Positions 7,752 to 20,283 of a stretch of 64,000 nucleotides of DNA are shown here, piece after piece. The position numbers and the translations under genes are program-made. This DNA comes from Polaribacter sp. (GTDB taxonomy: Bacteria; Bacteroidota; Bacteroidia; Flavobacteriales; Flavobacteriaceae). Under the pieces are notes generated by a model that searched no databases, was not told where the DNA came from, and saw nothing but the letters and a program-made list of their open reading frames with translations. The DNA lies in NCBI RefSeq assembly GCF_965656025.1, contig NZ_CBFHJT010000002.1, forward strand, positions 11,936 through 75,935, in the 5' to 3' direction. Numbering within the stretch: position 1 is the stretch's first letter; the number at the start of each line of letters is the position of its first letter.

Positions 7752-10607
7752 TTATTTATTTAAATACATTTTACGTCTAGAGTATAAATCATAAAAATCA
7801 TCATCTTTTAAACTATCTATAAATAAGATGCTTTCTCCTGTAGATTTCATTTCTGGTCCTAGTTTTTTATTCACATTCGGAAACTTGTTAAAAGAAAAAA
7901 CCGGTTGCTTAATTGCATAACCATCTAATTGAGGGTTAAAGTTGAAGTCTGTTACTTTCTTTTCGCCCAACATTACTTTTGTTGCGTAATTTACATAAGG
8001 TTCTTTGTATGCTTTTGCAATAAATGGCACAGTTCTAGAAGCTCTTGGGTTGGCTTCTATAATATAAACTGTATCGTGTTTTATAGCAAACTGAATATTT
8101 ATTAAACCTACTGTTTTTAATTCTCTTGCAATCGTGTGTGTATGATCTATAATTTGTTGCATTACTAAATCTCCTAAATTAAAGGCAGGTAAAGTTGCGT
8201 TAGAATCTCCTGAATGTATTCCACAAGGTTCTATATGTTCCATAATTCCTATGATATAGACATTTCCATCCGCATCACAAATTGCATCTGCTTCTGCTTC
8301 TATGGCACCATCTAAATAATGATCTAACAACAATTTATTATTTGGTATTTTATGTAATAAATCTACCACGTGTTGAACCAATTCTTCTTTGTTGATTACA
8401 ATTTTCATTCCTTGACCACCTAACACATAAGAAGGTCTTACCAAAATAGGGAAATCTAATTGATCTGATAACTGTAGAGCTTCATCTGCTGTTTCTGCAA
8501 CACCAAACTCTGGATAAGGAATGTTATTTTCTTTTAACAAAGTAGAAAAACGACCTCTATCTTCTGCAATATCTAAAGCTTCAAAAGAAGTACCAATAAT
8601 TTTGATACCATATTTTGTAAGTTTTTCTGCTAATTTTAAAGCGGTTTGACCACCTAACTGTACAATTACACCTTCTGGTTTTTCATGGCGAATAATGTCG
8701 TAAATATGCTCCCAAAAAACAGGCTCAAAATATAATTTATCTGCAGTATCAAAATCTGTGGATACTGTTTCTGGGTTACAGTTAATCATAATGGTTTCAT
8801 AACCACATTCTGCAGCTGCTAAAACACCATGAACACAACAATAATCAAACTCTATCCCTTGCCCAATTCTGTTAGGTCCAGAGCCTAAAACTACAATCTT
8901 TTTCTTGTCTGTAACTACACTTTCGTTTGCAATGGTAATTTCTCCATTTGCTGTTTCTATTTCGTTCTCGAAAGTAGAATAATAGTAAGGTGTTTTTGCT
9001 GTAAATTCAGCTGCACAAGTATCTACTAATTTGTAAACACGTTGTACTTTTAATTCTTCTCTTTTTGTATAAACTTCACTTTCTAAACAATCTAGCATGT
9101 GTGCTATTTGTCTATCACCATACCCTTTTTGTTTCGCTTCTAGCAATAAATCTCTCTCTATAGTATCTATATTGTACGTAGAAATTTCTTTTTCTAATTG
9201 AAATAATTCTTCATATTGCTTTAAATACCACATGTCTATTTTAGTGATGTCGTAAATTTTGCTTAATGGAATTCCCATTGCAATCGCATCATAAATCGCA
9301 AAAACACGATCCCAACTTGCGTTGGTTAATTTTTCTATAATTTGATTGTAATCTGTATATCCTTTACCATCTGCACCTAGACCATTTCTTTTAATTTCTA
9401 AAGATTGTGTAGCTTTGTGCAATGCCTCTTGGAAACAACGTCCAATGCCCATTACCTCTCCAACTGCCTTCATTTGTAAACCTAAAGTTCTGTCTGAACC
9501 TTCAAACTTATCAAAATTCCAACGTGGTATTTTTACAATTACATAATCTAATGTTGGCTCAAATAAAGCCGATGTCGATTTTGTAATTCCGTTTTCTAAC
9601 TCATCTAAACTGTAACCAATGGCTAATTTTGTAGCTACTTTTGCAATAGGATATCCTGTTGCTTTAGATGCTAACGCAGACGAACGAGAAACACGTGGAT
9701 TGATTTCAATAGCAATAATATCCTCTTTTTCATCTGGAGAAACTGCAAATTGCACATTACAACCACCTTCAAAATCGCCAATAGAACGCATCATATGTAT
9801 AGCCATATCACGCATTTTTTGATATGTTTTATCAGATAAGGTCATTGCCGGTGCAACTGTAATAGAATCTCCTGTATGAATACCCATTGGATCCATATTT
9901 TCGATAGAACAAATAATAACTACATTATCATTTTTATCACGTAATAATTCTAACTCGTACTCTTTCCACCCCATCATAGCCTTATCAATCATCACTTCGT
10001 GGATGGGTGATGCTTCTAAACCTCTACTTAACAATTCATCAAAATCTTCTGCTTTGTAAACGATAGATGCTCCTGCACCACCCAAAGTATAAGAAGACCT
10101 AATTACTAACGGAAAACCAAACTCTTGTGCAATTTCTTTTCCTTTTAAGAAAGAAGTTGCTGTAGCTTGCGGTGCCATTTCTACACCAATTTTACCCATT
10201 AATTCTCTAAACTGCTCTCTATCTTCTGTAACATTTATTGCATCTATATCTACACCAATTAATTTTACATCAAAATCTTTCCAAATACCTTTATCATCTG
10301 CTTCTATACAAAGGTTTAATGCGGTTTGCCCACCCATGGTTGGTAATACTGCATCTATTTGTGGATGTTCTTTTAATATTTTTATGATAGACTTTGTGGT
10401 TAATGGCAGCAAATACACATGATCTGCCATAGAAGGATCTGTCATGATTGTTGCTGGATTAGAGTTGATAAGTATCGTTTCTATTCCATCTTCTCTTAAA
10501 GAACGTAAAGATTGCGAACCAGAATAATCGAATTCACAAGCTTGCCCAATAACAATAGGTCCAGATCCAATAATTAAAATTGATTTTAAGTCTTCTCTTT
10601 TTGGCAT
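7752..10607 (-). CDS. carB: Carbamoyl-phosphate synthase large subunit (no C-terminal MGS domain)
   Basis: MPKR..GSGPIVIGQACEFDYSG; second ATP-grasp half GSGPNRIGQGIEFDYCC; GPEMKSTGE. Confidence 0.97.
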   Translation of the reverse strand: MPKREDLKSILIIGSGPIVIGQACEFDYSGSQSLRSLREDGIETILINSNPATIMTDPSMADHVYLLPLTTKSIIKILKEHPQIDAVLPTMGGQTALNLCIEADDKGIWKDFDVKLIGVDIDAINVTEDREQFRELMGKIGVEMAPQATATSFLKGKEIAQEFGFPLVIRSSYTLGGAGASIVYKAEDFDELLSRGLEASPIHEVMIDKAMMGWKEYELELLRDKNDNVVIICSIENMDPMGIHTGDSITVAPAMTLSDKTYQKMRDMAIHMMRSIGDFEGGCNVQFAVSPDEKEDIIAIEINPRVSRSSALASKATGYPIAKVATKLAIGYSLDELENGITKSTSALFEPTLDYVIVKIPRWNFDKFEGSDRTLGLQMKAVGEVMGIGRCFQEALHKATQSLEIKRNGLGADGKGYTDYNQIIEKLTNASWDRVFAIYDAIAMGIPLSKIYDITKIDMWYLKQYEELFQLEKEISTYNIDTIERDLLLEAKQKGYGDRQIAHMLDCLESEVYTKREELKVQRVYKLVDTCAAEFTAKTPYYYSTFENEIETANGEITIANESVVTDKKKIVVLGSGPNRIGQGIEFDYCCVHGVLAAAECGYETIMINCNPETVSTDFDTADKLYFEPVFWEHIYDIIRHEKPEGVIVQLGGQTALKLAEKLTKYGIKIIGTSFEALDIAEDRGRFSTLLKENNIPYPEFGVAETADEALQLSDQLDFPILVRPSYVLGGQGMKIVINKEELVQHVVDLLHKIPNNKLLLDHYLDGAIEAEADAICDADGNVYIIGIMEHIEPCGIHSGDSNATLPAFNLGDLVMQQIIDHTHTIARELKTVGLINIQFAIKHDTVYIIEANPRASRTVPFIAKAYKEPYVNYATKVMLGEKKVTDFNFNPQLDGYAIKQPVFSFNKFPNVNKKLGPEMKSTGESILFIDSLKDDDFYDLYSRRKMYLNK

Positions 10608-10658
10608 GGTAAATAGTTGTGTTTTATGAGTTTGTAAAAATAATTAGTGTTTGGATAT

Positions 10659-10692
10659 AAAAAAAGGTGTTACTAAAAATAGTAACACCTTA
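10659..10692 (-). terminator. Terminator after rpmH
   Basis: aaggtgttact-aaaaat-agtaacacctt hairpin with A-tract on the plus strand. Confidence 0.85.
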
Positions 10693-10718
10693 ATTATTAA
10701 CAATTGTTAATCATTATA

Positions 10719-10880
10719 TTATTTTTTATGTCTAGTTTCTGAAGACACAGATATTTTCTTTCTTCCTTTAGCTCTTCTTCTAGCTAAAACTTTTCTTCCG
10801 TTTGCAGAAGCCATTCTTTCTCTGAAACCGTGTTTGTTTCTTCTCTTTCTCTTTGATGGCTGGTAAGTTCTTTTCGGCAT
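10719..10880 (-). CDS. rpmH: 50S ribosomal protein L34 (53 aa, absent from the ORF track)
   Basis: Manual translation [53 protein letters not shown]; TATATTTG -7 element at 10958-10951. Confidence 0.97.
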   Translation of the reverse strand: MPKRTYQPSKRKRRNKHGFRERMASANGRKVLARRRAKGRKKISVSSETRHKK

Positions 10881-11106
10881 TATATGTATTTTTAAATGAC
10901 TTCTTTATTTATTTTTAATGTTTTCACATTATGCTCTCTAAAAGCGTGTGCAAATATACAACTGTTTTTATTTTAGACAAACACTATTTTAAAAAAAATT
11001 AAAATATTTTTTATAGGTGCAAATTTACAAATTTTAGAAATGTTTTTCCCTTTTTTATTTCACAGAATTTTTAGAGTTAGTACTTTTGCGCAAACCTAAG
11101 AATACC

Positions 11107-12720
11107 ATGAGTAACACTAAATACGTTTTTGTAACAGGGGGCGTAACATCTTCACTTGGAAAAGGAATTATTGCAGCATCTTTAGCAAAACTATTGCAAG
11201 AAAGAGGCTTTTCTGTAACCATACAAAAATTAGATCCGTACATTAATATAGACCCAGGAACTCTAAACCCTTATGAACATGGCGAATGCTATGTTACAGA
11301 TGATGGTGCAGAAACCGATTTAGATTTAGGGCACTATGAGCGTTATCTAAACATACCAACATCGCAAGCAAATAATGTAACAACAGGTAGAATTTATCAA
11401 TCTGTAATAAACAAAGAGCGTAAAGGTGAGTTTTTAGGTAAAACAGTACAAGTTATCCCTCATATTACCGATGAAATTAAACGTAGAATTCAGCTTTTAG
11501 GAGAAACTGGTGAATATGATATTGTTATTACAGAAATTGGTGGTACAGTTGGTGATATTGAATCTTTACCTTATGTTGAGTCTGTTAGGCAAATGCTTTG
11601 GGAAAAAGGCGAAGATAATGCAATTGTGATTCATTTAACTTTAATTCCTTTTTTAGCGGCTGCTGGCGAGTTAAAAACAAAACCTACACAGCACTCTGTA
11701 AAAATGTTAATGCAAAGTGGTGTAAGTCCAGATATTTTGGTTTGTAGAACAGAACACGAAATTTCTGATGAAATTAAAAGAAAGCTAGCTTTATTCTGCA
11801 ACGTTAAAAAAGAAGACGTTATACAATCTATAGATGCAGAAACCATTTACGATGTACCTAATTTAATGCTAGCCCAAAATTTAGATACTGTAGTTCTTAA
11901 TAAATTAAAACTATCTTCTAAAGGAGAACCTGAATTAAAAGTTTGGAATGAGTTTTTAAGAAAACATAAAAACCCAACTTCTGAAGTAGAAATTGCATTA
12001 ATTGGTAAATACATAGAATTACAAGACTCATACAAATCTATTACAGAAGCATTTATTCATGCCGGATCTTCTAATGAAACCAAAGTAAATGTAAGATGGG
12101 TACATTCTGAAAGCTTAACCCCAAAGAATTTTGAGAAAAAATTAAAAGGTGTACATGGTATTTTAGTGGCTCCTGGTTTTGGTGATCGAGGTATTGACGG
12201 AAAAATAAATGCTGTAAAATATGCAAGAGAAAACAACATTCCGTTCTTCGGAATTTGTTTGGGAATGCAAATGGCAGTTATTGAATATGCTAAAAACGTA
12301 CTTGGTTTGGTAGATGCTTTTTCTACAGAAATGAAACAAGATTGTAGAAACCCTGTTATCAACCTTATGGAAAGTCAAGAAGATGTAACAGAAAAAGGGG
12401 GGACTATGCGTTTAGGTGCTTGGGATTGTAACTTAGTTAAGGACTCTAAGGCTTATAAAGCTTACAATACAGCTAGTATTAGCGAAAGACATAGACATAG
12501 ATATGAGTTTAATAACGATTACCTAGATCAAATAGAGCTAAAAGGCATGAAAGCAACAGGTACAAACCCAGCAACTGGTTTGGTAGAAGTAGTAGAAATA
12601 CCAACTCACCCTTGGTTTGTGGGGGTTCAATATCACCCAGAATATAAAAGTACGGTGTTAAAACCTCATCCTTTATTTGTAGATTTTATAAAAGCTGCGC
12701 TTAAGTATTCTAAAATTTAA
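11107..12720 (+). CDS. pyrG: CTP synthase
   Basis: [36 protein letters not shown]; ATG at 11107 because the TTG at 11086 lies within the TACTTTTG -7 element. Confidence 0.97.
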   Translation: MSNTKYVFVTGGVTSSLGKGIIAASLAKLLQERGFSVTIQKLDPYINIDPGTLNPYEHGECYVTDDGAETDLDLGHYERYLNIPTSQANNVTTGRIYQSVINKERKGEFLGKTVQVIPHITDEIKRRIQLLGETGEYDIVITEIGGTVGDIESLPYVESVRQMLWEKGEDNAIVIHLTLIPFLAAAGELKTKPTQHSVKMLMQSGVSPDILVCRTEHEISDEIKRKLALFCNVKKEDVIQSIDAETIYDVPNLMLAQNLDTVVLNKLKLSSKGEPELKVWNEFLRKHKNPTSEVEIALIGKYIELQDSYKSITEAFIHAGSSNETKVNVRWVHSESLTPKNFEKKLKGVHGILVAPGFGDRGIDGKINAVKYARENNIPFFGICLGMQMAVIEYAKNVLGLVDAFSTEMKQDCRNPVINLMESQEDVTEKGGTMRLGAWDCNLVKDSKAYKAYNTASISERHRHRYEFNNDYLDQIELKGMKATGTNPATGLVEVVEIPTHPWFVGVQYHPEYKSTVLKPHPLFVDFIKAALKYSKI

Positions 12721-12876
12721 AGTTCAAAGTTTAAAAAGGGAACACAATTTGAACAATTAATATCATCAACAAAAATCACAGCAAAATCAACTAAAAACAA
12801 TACAGTTTTGCTACATTTGTCGGTTTTTACTTCTAATTAGAAGTTAATAATGACAGATTGACATTTAAATAAACAC

Positions 12877-14769
12877 ATGGAACAAAAAAAATTCGACTTC
12901 AATTCTTTTATTGGAATGATTTTATTGGGAGGTATCATTCTTTGGTGGATGAATACCAATCAACCAGAAACAGAAACTACTACAGATACAAATACAACAC
13001 AAATTGTAGATTCTACCAAAACTCAAACAAATACCGTTAATAACACTGTTGTTAATGAAGCTACTTACCAAAACGATTCTATAAAAAAATTAGCCCTTAC
13101 AAATAAATTGGGTGCTTTTGCACAAAGTGCAATTACAGGTTCAGAAGGTGTTACTGTTTTAGAAAATGACGTTATAAAACTTACTATTAACAATAAAGGT
13201 GGGCAAATAAAAGAAGCTTTAATTAAGAATTATAAAACTTATGATTCTTTACCTTTATATATGATAAAAGATAACAATGCTTCTTTTAACATCAATTTTG
13301 GTACTACAGACAATAGAATTTTAAATACCAAAGATTTATTTTTTGAGCCATCTTTATCTAAAAATGGAGAAAACCAGATACTCTCTATGAGATTAAAGGT
13401 ATCTGATTCTCAATATTTAGAATACAGATATGAAATGAAACCAGCAGATAATTATATGGTAGATTTTGCTGTTAGATCTCAAGGTTTAAGTACGGTTATC
13501 AATTCGTCTAATCCTATTAATTTAGATTGGACTTTAAATGGTTACAGACACGAAAAAAGTTTGCGTACAGAAAACACCATGTACACTTACTATTATTATA
13601 AAGCAGAAGAAGAAGTAGACTATATAAACGCAGGTAAATCTGAGGTTTTAAATGATGTAGATTGGGTTGCTTACAAACAACACTTTTTTACTTCTAATTT
13701 ATTAACAGAAAAGCCTTTTAATAATGCAACCATTACTTCTACAGACTTAGTTCTAAATGAAGAAATTGATACGGTTTACACAAAAAAATTCGAATTAAAA
13801 ACACCTTTGGCATTGTCTAATGGCGAGTTAAATTATAATATGAAATGGTTTTATGGCCCCAATGATTATAATTTATTAAAAACCTATGAAGGTACAGATT
13901 TAGCAGAGTCTGCAGATTTAGGTTGGGGAATTTTTGGTTTCTTAAACAGAACTATTTTTTATCCTGTATTTAACTTCTTAAAAGGTTTTTTATCAAACTA
14001 TGGTTTAATCATCATTTTAATGACGATTGTTGTTAGAATCATTATGTCTCCACTAGTATACAAATCGTATTTATCTAGTGCGAAAATGAAGGTAATTCGC
14101 CCTGAATTGACTGCCTTAAATGAAAAATATCCGGGTAAAGAAAACGCAATGAAGCGTCAGCAAGAAACCATGGCAATTCAACGAAAAGCAGGTGTAAGCA
14201 TGATGTCTGGTTGTATACCAGCACTATTACAAATGCCAGTGTTCTTTGCTTTGTTTAAGTTTTTTCCAACAAATATTTCTTTAAGACAAGAAAGCTTTTT
14301 ATGGGCAAACGATTTATCATCTTACGATACTATTTTTAAATTGCCTTTTTCAATTCCATTTTATGGAGATCACGTGAGTTTGTTTCCTATTTTGGCATCT
14401 GTAGCTATTTTCTTTTACATGAAGATGAACCAGAGTCAACAAGCCAATATGCAAGCACCAACTCAAGAAGGTATGCCAGATATGAGCAAGATGATGAAGT
14501 ATATGATTTACTTTTCTCCTATTATGATGTTGTTCTTCTTTAACAACTATGCAAGTTCTTTAAGTTTGTATTATTTTATCTCTAACTTATTAACCATTGC
14601 AATTATGTTAGTGATTAAAAACTTTGTTATCGACGAAGAAAAAATACACGCTCAAATAGAAGAAAATAAAAAGCGTCCTGAAAAGAAAAAATCTAAGTTT
14701 AGACAACGTATAGATGACGCTATGAAACAAGCACAGGAGCAACAAGCTAAACAACAGAAAAGAAAATAA
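12877..14769 (+). CDS. yidC: Membrane protein insertase YidC
   Basis: Large periplasmic domain; NYGLIIILMT..R, GCIPALLQMPV, FLWANDLS, LYY..SN. Confidence 0.95.
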   Translation: MEQKKFDFNSFIGMILLGGIILWWMNTNQPETETTTDTNTTQIVDSTKTQTNTVNNTVVNEATYQNDSIKKLALTNKLGAFAQSAITGSEGVTVLENDVIKLTINNKGGQIKEALIKNYKTYDSLPLYMIKDNNASFNINFGTTDNRILNTKDLFFEPSLSKNGENQILSMRLKVSDSQYLEYRYEMKPADNYMVDFAVRSQGLSTVINSSNPINLDWTLNGYRHEKSLRTENTMYTYYYYKAEEEVDYINAGKSEVLNDVDWVAYKQHFFTSNLLTEKPFNNATITSTDLVLNEEIDTVYTKKFELKTPLALSNGELNYNMKWFYGPNDYNLLKTYEGTDLAESADLGWGIFGFLNRTIFYPVFNFLKGFLSNYGLIIILMTIVVRIIMSPLVYKSYLSSAKMKVIRPELTALNEKYPGKENAMKRQQETMAIQRKAGVSMMSGCIPALLQMPVFFALFKFFPTNISLRQESFLWANDLSSYDTIFKLPFSIPFYGDHVSLFPILASVAIFFYMKMNQSQQANMQAPTQEGMPDMSKMMKYMIYFSPIMMLFFFNNYASSLSLYYFISNLLTIAIMLVIKNFVIDEEKIHAQIEENKKRPEKKKSKFRQRIDDAMKQAQEQQAKQQKRK

Positions 14770-14771
14770 AT

Positions 14772-14807
14772 AAAGAAACCGAAATTTAAAAATTTCGGTT
14801 TTTTTTT
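14772..14807 (+). terminator. Terminator after yidC
   Basis: aaaccgaaattt-aa-aaatttcggttt followed by a T-tract. Confidence 0.85.
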
Positions 14808-14899
14808 GTTTAAAAAATTTAATTAATGAAAAAATTAATATATTAGCTAAATATTATAGAGTTTAAAAACTCTTTTATTGACCCCTAAATAATTACTTT

Positions 14900-17800
14900 A
14901 TGACCCCTAAATCTAAAAGTAAATGGTACTTAGTACTATTTATATTTGTGTCTTTTTACACAAATAACTACGCACAAACATTTATTTGTAAAGATTATAG
15001 CAATAATCCCAATGTTACTATTGCAGCAAATCCTGGAGGAGCAGTTACCTATACAACTACACTAAATGTTGTAGATAATTTCTTTATTTCAGAATTAACA
15101 ACTAGCGTAAATATTACACATACTTGGAATGAGGATTTAGATATTTTTTTAATATCACCAAATGGTACAAGAGTAAACCTCTCTTCTGATAGAGGCGGAA
15201 ATGGTGATAATTATAACGCCACTTTTGACGATAATTCTTCTAATGTTTTACCTAGTGGAAATTCTACAGTAAGTGGTACTTTTAATCCTATTGGAAATTT
15301 AAGTGATTTTTCTGGAGAAAATGCATTTGGTACTTGGACTTTAGAAGTAACCGACGATACAAATCAAGATGGAGGTACAATAAATTCTTTTGCTTTAAAC
15401 ATTTGCGAACAAAACCAATTAGGGTATAGTTTCGAAAATTCGCTAGATGGATGGACAAACTCAACAAATGATAATTTTGATTGGACAAACGCAACAAGTA
15501 CTCCTTCTGGTGGAACTGGTCCACAAAGTGGAGCTGCAGAAGGATCGTATTTTATGTATACAGAAACTTCTGGTTCTGTAGCAAATGGTGCAAGAGCACA
15601 CTTAGAAAAAGAATTCGATTTTACATCTCAAATAGATTCTAAAATATCTTTTAATTATCACATGTATTCTGCAAATAGTGCTGCAAATATGGGTACTTTT
15701 AATGTTTTAGTAAGTTCTAATGGAGGTGCTAATTACAATAATGTTTTTAGTAGAACTGGTAATCAAGGAAACCTTTGGAATACTGCTGAAATAGACTTAA
15801 GTGCCTACGACTCAAACACGGTTATTATTAGATTTGAAGGTATAAGAGCCGCAAGTTGGCAATCTGACATATCTATAGATAATGTAAAAGTAACTGGAAA
15901 AAAAATTGCTTCGGGCATACCTATTACTGTTACTGCAAACTCGGGGCAAACCAAACAAATTGGAGATGCTGACCCAACATTTACCTACACAATCACTGCT
16001 GGTAGCTTAGAATCTGGAGACGTTTTAACAGGAAGCTTATCTAGAGTTCCTGGCGAGACTGTAGGTACTTATGCAATCACAATAGGATCTTTAAGTAATA
16101 TTAAATATACGATAAACTTTGTATCTGCCAACTTTACAATTACAGACAAAGATACTGATGGAGATTCATACCCAGATAATGTAGATGTAGATGATGACAA
16201 TGATGGTATTTTAGATACAGATGAAAACTGTGTAATCCCTGGAGCTGCAACACCACAAATAGACCAAATTGCTTACAATACTGATGGTTTTAGTATTTAT
16301 GCTATAGGAGATAATACCAACAGTGGTTTAGGTTTTCAAGAATCTGGTTTTGAAAGTGCGGCTTTTTCTAGAGGACTAACACTAAATAGACTAAACGGTA
16401 GTAGCGATTTTAGTTCTTTACCAGGCTCACCAGGAACAGATGGTTCAGCTGCAACCACAACAGGAACTTGGACAAATGGTACTTTGTCATATAGTACAAC
16501 AGCTGCAAACCCAACCACTCGAAGAAATCAATTTAGAAGGACAACAGGTACAGAATTTAGGTCTGGCACCTCAGGCGATGCTATATATATAAAGCCTTCT
16601 GTTAACTTAGTACAAGGAGAAGAATATACAGTAAATATAGGTTTTACAATACCTGTATTTGCTTTTAATTTTGATTTATTAGATATTTTAGACACTTATA
16701 TTGATAGTGCAGATTTAATAATTAGATACGAAATTTATGCAGACACAGAGTTAGTGGCTTATTTTGAAAGTAATTTTATAGGAAATGATGCAACAGTAGT
16801 TGTAGACATTTTTGATGGAAATGGTGTTTCGCAAGGCACCATGCTTATTGGTAATAATGTAGAAACCTCTATTGGTTTCATATCTCAAAATAGTTTATCT
16901 AATGTTTCTATTGTTCATAAAGTTATTAACGGAACTATAGTTAGCAATAGAGCAGACTTGCATGGTTTAGATAATTTTGTATGGAGTACACAATCACAAT
17001 CTTGTTTTGCAGACGATTTAGATTTTGATGGAGACGGTATACAAAATGATAAAGATTTAGATTCTGATAACGATGGTATACCAGACAATGTAGAGGCACA
17101 AACAACTATAGATTATATTGCCCCAAACTACATCTACACAATAAATGGTTTAGACACTGCATATGCTACTGGTTTAGTAGCGGTAAATACAGACGAAAAT
17201 GGAAATGCAGATTATGTAGATTTGGATTCTGATGACGATACAATTTTTGATGCTTTAGAAGCTGGCTATTCTATAGACACAGATAATGATGGTAAGTCAG
17301 ATGGAAATGTTGGGTCAAATGGTTTGGATAATAGCTTGTATAACGCAGACGACTTTAATGATGTTAATGCAGGTATTAACAATCCAACAAATTTACCAGA
17401 TTCAGATGGAGATGTTTTAACCATTGGAGATGTAGATTACAGAGACAATCAGGTTTCTGGTATTCCAATGATTACACAAATCTATTTAGAAGGTACTAAC
17501 AGAGTCATAGAAATAACAAACATAGATGATACAAATAGTATTCCAGCAAATTCTATAAAATTAGGTTTGTATCAAAATAAATCAGGTAATCAAACAGGTA
17601 TTGTACCAGATTTTTCATATACAATACCAACAACAATTGCGGCAGGTAGTTCTTTATTAATTACCAATTCTGGTTCTTCTTATTCAGGAATTGTTAATAA
17701 CAATATAACCAATTTGATTGGTGCAGATGACATATTAGTATTATCGCATCCAAAAAGTAATGTAAGTGGTGTTGATGATTGGAAACATCGATACGAAACA

Positions 17801-20164
17801 ACATATAATTTACCAACTGATAAAATTTATGTAAGAAGTGATGCTGTTTTAGAAACAAATAAAGATTTTTCTGGAGCAGAGTGGGTTGCTTTTGTAAATC
17901 AAGATTTAGACCCTTACAGAGATGTAGATCTAGGAGGTCCAGAAAGACATCCTCATGCTCCATTAATTGAAGAAATATTAAGCGCTGATACAAATTCTAA
18001 TTTAAGATTAGGTGTACACAATGTAAACCCAACAATTAGAGTTGGTAACACTTGGTCTAATGGAGCACCAGACAGAACTAGAAGAGTAATAATAGACCAA
18101 GATTTTACAACATCTTCTATTTTAAAAGCAAGGGAATTAACTATAAATGCTAATAGAAAACTAACTGTAAATAATAATTTGTTGGTCGTTTCTGAAGGCA
18201 TTAATTTTGGTAATACGAGTAGCGAAATTAGACTTGCAAATGGTTCTCATTTAATACAAACACATACAGGAGGTTCAAGAATAAATGGCTCTGGTAAATT
18301 GTATATAGATCAAAACTCAGAAACACCAAGCAAATTTAGGTATAACTATATGAGTTCTCCTGTGGGTGGCACATCATTTACACTACAAGATGTTTTAAAA
18401 GATGGTACAACACCTACATCTGCAAGCTCAAATCCTTTAGATATTGATTTTGTTAGCGGTTATGATGGTGATATTACAAATCCAATAAAAATATCAGATT
18501 ATTGGATTTACACCTATGCAAGTGCCAATGGTAAACGCTCTAATTGGAATCAGAAAAAAAGTACAGGTAGTATTCCTGTAACTGATGGTTTTACCATGAA
18601 AGGGCCTGGTAAAGCACAAAATTATACTTTTGTAGGTACACCAAATGATGGTAATTTAAATACTGCAGTTGGCGGTAATCAATCTTATTTATTAGGAAAT
18701 CCTTTTCCTTCTGCAATTAGCACAAAAAAGTTTATAGAAGACAATAAAGATGCTATTGATGGCACCTTATATTTCTGGCAACATGCAGGAGAACAAGATG
18801 CAACCTCAACACAACAAGGACATTCTTACAGTGGTTATATTGGTGGTTATGCAACGAGAAATATTTCAATGGGTATTGCAGCTAACTCAGCATCATTATC
18901 TGGAGGTTTTAATATAATTTTAGAATCTGAAGCTGCAAATGTAATTGGTACTTTGGTCACAGACCTTTTAACAGATGTTGTATTATTAGATAATAATGCA
19001 GAATCTATTACATATAATAACATTCCAAGAGGTGTAGATGTTTTAAAAATAAACTACAGAGCTTTAATAGATAAAACAATAAAATTAAAAATAAATGGAA
19101 ATGAAGTTGGTACATACGAATTGCCAAGGTCTTTAACATATGCCACTTTTGAAATTCCAAAATGCATACACAGTAATAGTGATGTTACTATAGAATCTAT
19201 AGATGATAATGTACTTTATTTAAACAATTTAATTTTACAAGACGACGATGGCAAAACATCATGTGAACCAAATGCAAATGGTGCAACTGGTTTTACATAT
19301 ACATCACCATTAGAATATATAGCTGTTGGGCAAGGTTTCTTTGTAAGTGGAGACGCAGATGGTGGTGCAATTACATTTAATAATAGCCAAAGAGAGAATG
19401 TTACAGAAGGCACCTACTCTACCTTTTTTAAATCAAATAAAAAACATAAATTAGAAGAAAAAGCCAGAAAAAAATTACCAATTATTAAACTTGGTATGAA
19501 TTATTTGGGTGATAATAGCAAAGAGTTACACAGACAAATTGGTATTTCTTTTAAACCCAATAATTCCTTTGATTATGACACTGGCTATGATAGTTACTTA
19601 TTTGATTTATCAGCTACAGACTTTTACTGGAAATTTCCAAATATAAATCAGAAATTTGCCATTGCAGGAATACAAGATTTATCAGAGGATTTAGAAGTGC
19701 CTTTAGAAATAATTGTAGATAAAGATGGCGAAATAAATATAGAAATAGACGAAATTAGTTTTACTAAAGAAAACGTATACATTTTTGATAAACTAGAAAA
19801 CAAGTACTATAGTTTAATAAATAATTCAGCCACAATTAATCTTTTAAAAGGGAAACACTCAAATAGATTTTTCATCACTTTTAAAGAGGCTAAATCTTTA
19901 AGTGTAGATGATATTATTTTTAAAGACTTAACTATTTTTTATGCTAAAGAAAGTAAAGAAATCAATATTAAATTAGAAAATAATTTAGAAATCAATAACA
20001 CTAAATTATACACTATTATGGGGCAAGAAGTACAGAAATGGGAATTCAATAAAAACACTTCTAACTCAGAAAAACTAAAAGTAAACAACCTTTCTACAGG
20101 GGTTTACGTTGTAAAAATTAAAACCAATAGAGGTGATGTTTCCAGAAAAATACTAATCAATTAG
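14900..20164 (+). CDS. Giant T9SS type-A cargo protein 1 (P-proprotein, MAM, MBG-like, Ca-binding DxDxDG repeats, LTD-like, CBM-like insert)
   Basis: [14 protein letters not shown] and GTWTL.V.D (P domain); W...[23 protein letters not shown] (MAM); G.LSR..GE.VG.Y.I (MBG); DxDxDG repeats; [18 protein letters not shown]. Confidence 0.85.
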   Translation: MTPKSKSKWYLVLFIFVSFYTNNYAQTFICKDYSNNPNVTIAANPGGAVTYTTTLNVVDNFFISELTTSVNITHTWNEDLDIFLISPNGTRVNLSSDRGGNGDNYNATFDDNSSNVLPSGNSTVSGTFNPIGNLSDFSGENAFGTWTLEVTDDTNQDGGTINSFALNICEQNQLGYSFENSLDGWTNSTNDNFDWTNATSTPSGGTGPQSGAAEGSYFMYTETSGSVANGARAHLEKEFDFTSQIDSKISFNYHMYSANSAANMGTFNVLVSSNGGANYNNVFSRTGNQGNLWNTAEIDLSAYDSNTVIIRFEGIRAASWQSDISIDNVKVTGKKIASGIPITVTANSGQTKQIGDADPTFTYTITAGSLESGDVLTGSLSRVPGETVGTYAITIGSLSNIKYTINFVSANFTITDKDTDGDSYPDNVDVDDDNDGILDTDENCVIPGAATPQIDQIAYNTDGFSIYAIGDNTNSGLGFQESGFESAAFSRGLTLNRLNGSSDFSSLPGSPGTDGSAATTTGTWTNGTLSYSTTAANPTTRRNQFRRTTGTEFRSGTSGDAIYIKPSVNLVQGEEYTVNIGFTIPVFAFNFDLLDILDTYIDSADLIIRYEIYADTELVAYFESNFIGNDATVVVDIFDGNGVSQGTMLIGNNVETSIGFISQNSLSNVSIVHKVINGTIVSNRADLHGLDNFVWSTQSQSCFADDLDFDGDGIQNDKDLDSDNDGIPDNVEAQTTIDYIAPNYIYTINGLDTAYATGLVAVNTDENGNADYVDLDSDDDTIFDALEAGYSIDTDNDGKSDGNVGSNGLDNSLYNADDFNDVNAGINNPTNLPDSDGDVLTIGDVDYRDNQVSGIPMITQIYLEGTNRVIEITNIDDTNSIPANSIKLGLYQNKSGNQTGIVPDFSYTIPTTIAAGSSLLITNSGSSYSGIVNNNITNLIGADDILVLSHPKSNVSGVDDWKHRYETTYNLPTDKIYVRSDAVLETNKDFSGAEWVAFVNQDLDPYRDVDLGGPERHPHAPLIEEILSADTNSNLRLGVHNVNPTIRVGNTWSNGAPDRTRRVIIDQDFTTSSILKARELTINANRKLTVNNNLLVVSEGINFGNTSSEIRLANGSHLIQTHTGGSRINGSGKLYIDQNSETPSKFRYNYMSSPVGGTSFTLQDVLKDGTTPTSASSNPLDIDFVSGYDGDITNPIKISDYWIYTYASANGKRSNWNQKKSTGSIPVTDGFTMKGPGKAQNYTFVGTPNDGNLNTAVGGNQSYLLGNPFPSAISTKKFIEDNKDAIDGTLYFWQHAGEQDATSTQQGHSYSGYIGGYATRNISMGIAANSASLSGGFNIILESEAANVIGTLVTDLLTDVVLLDNNAESITYNNIPRGVDVLKINYRALIDKTIKLKINGNEVGTYELPRSLTYATFEIPKCIHSNSDVTIESIDDNVLYLNNLILQDDDGKTSCEPNANGATGFTYTSPLEYIAVGQGFFVSGDADGGAITFNNSQRENVTEGTYSTFFKSNKKHKLEEKARKKLPIIKLGMNYLGDNSKELHRQIGISFKPNNSFDYDTGYDSYLFDLSATDFYWKFPNINQKFAIAGIQDLSEDLEVPLEIIVDKDGEINIEIDEISFTKENVYIFDKLENKYYSLINNSATINLLKGKHSNRFFITFKEAKSLSVDDIIFKDLTIFYAKESKEINIKLENNLEINNTKLYTIMGQEVQKWEFNKNTSNSEKLKVNNLSTGVYVVKIKTNRGDVSRKILIN

Positions 20165-20184
20165 TATTTTACTAGCCTTGGGGT

Positions 20185-20218
20185 TAAGAGAGTCTTTTTT
20201 AAGGCTCTCTTTTTTTTT
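20185..20218 (+). terminator. Terminator after T9SS gene 1
   Basis: aagagagtct..aggctctctt followed by a T-tract. Confidence 0.8.
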
Positions 20219-20283
20219 ACCTTTTTTTAAAACCAAACCCTTTTTTTTTACGTAAGCATTATTGGTAACCAACTAATAATATT

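Noticed and set aside
10881-11106. oriC next to rpmH/yidC
   Set aside because: Only ~225 bp, occupied by divergent promoters; no dnaA/dnaN and no DnaA-box cluster seen
16140-17460. DNA tandem repeats in the T9SS genes
   Set aside because: They are protein-level DxDxDG Ca-binding repeats with diverged codons, not a DNA repeat element
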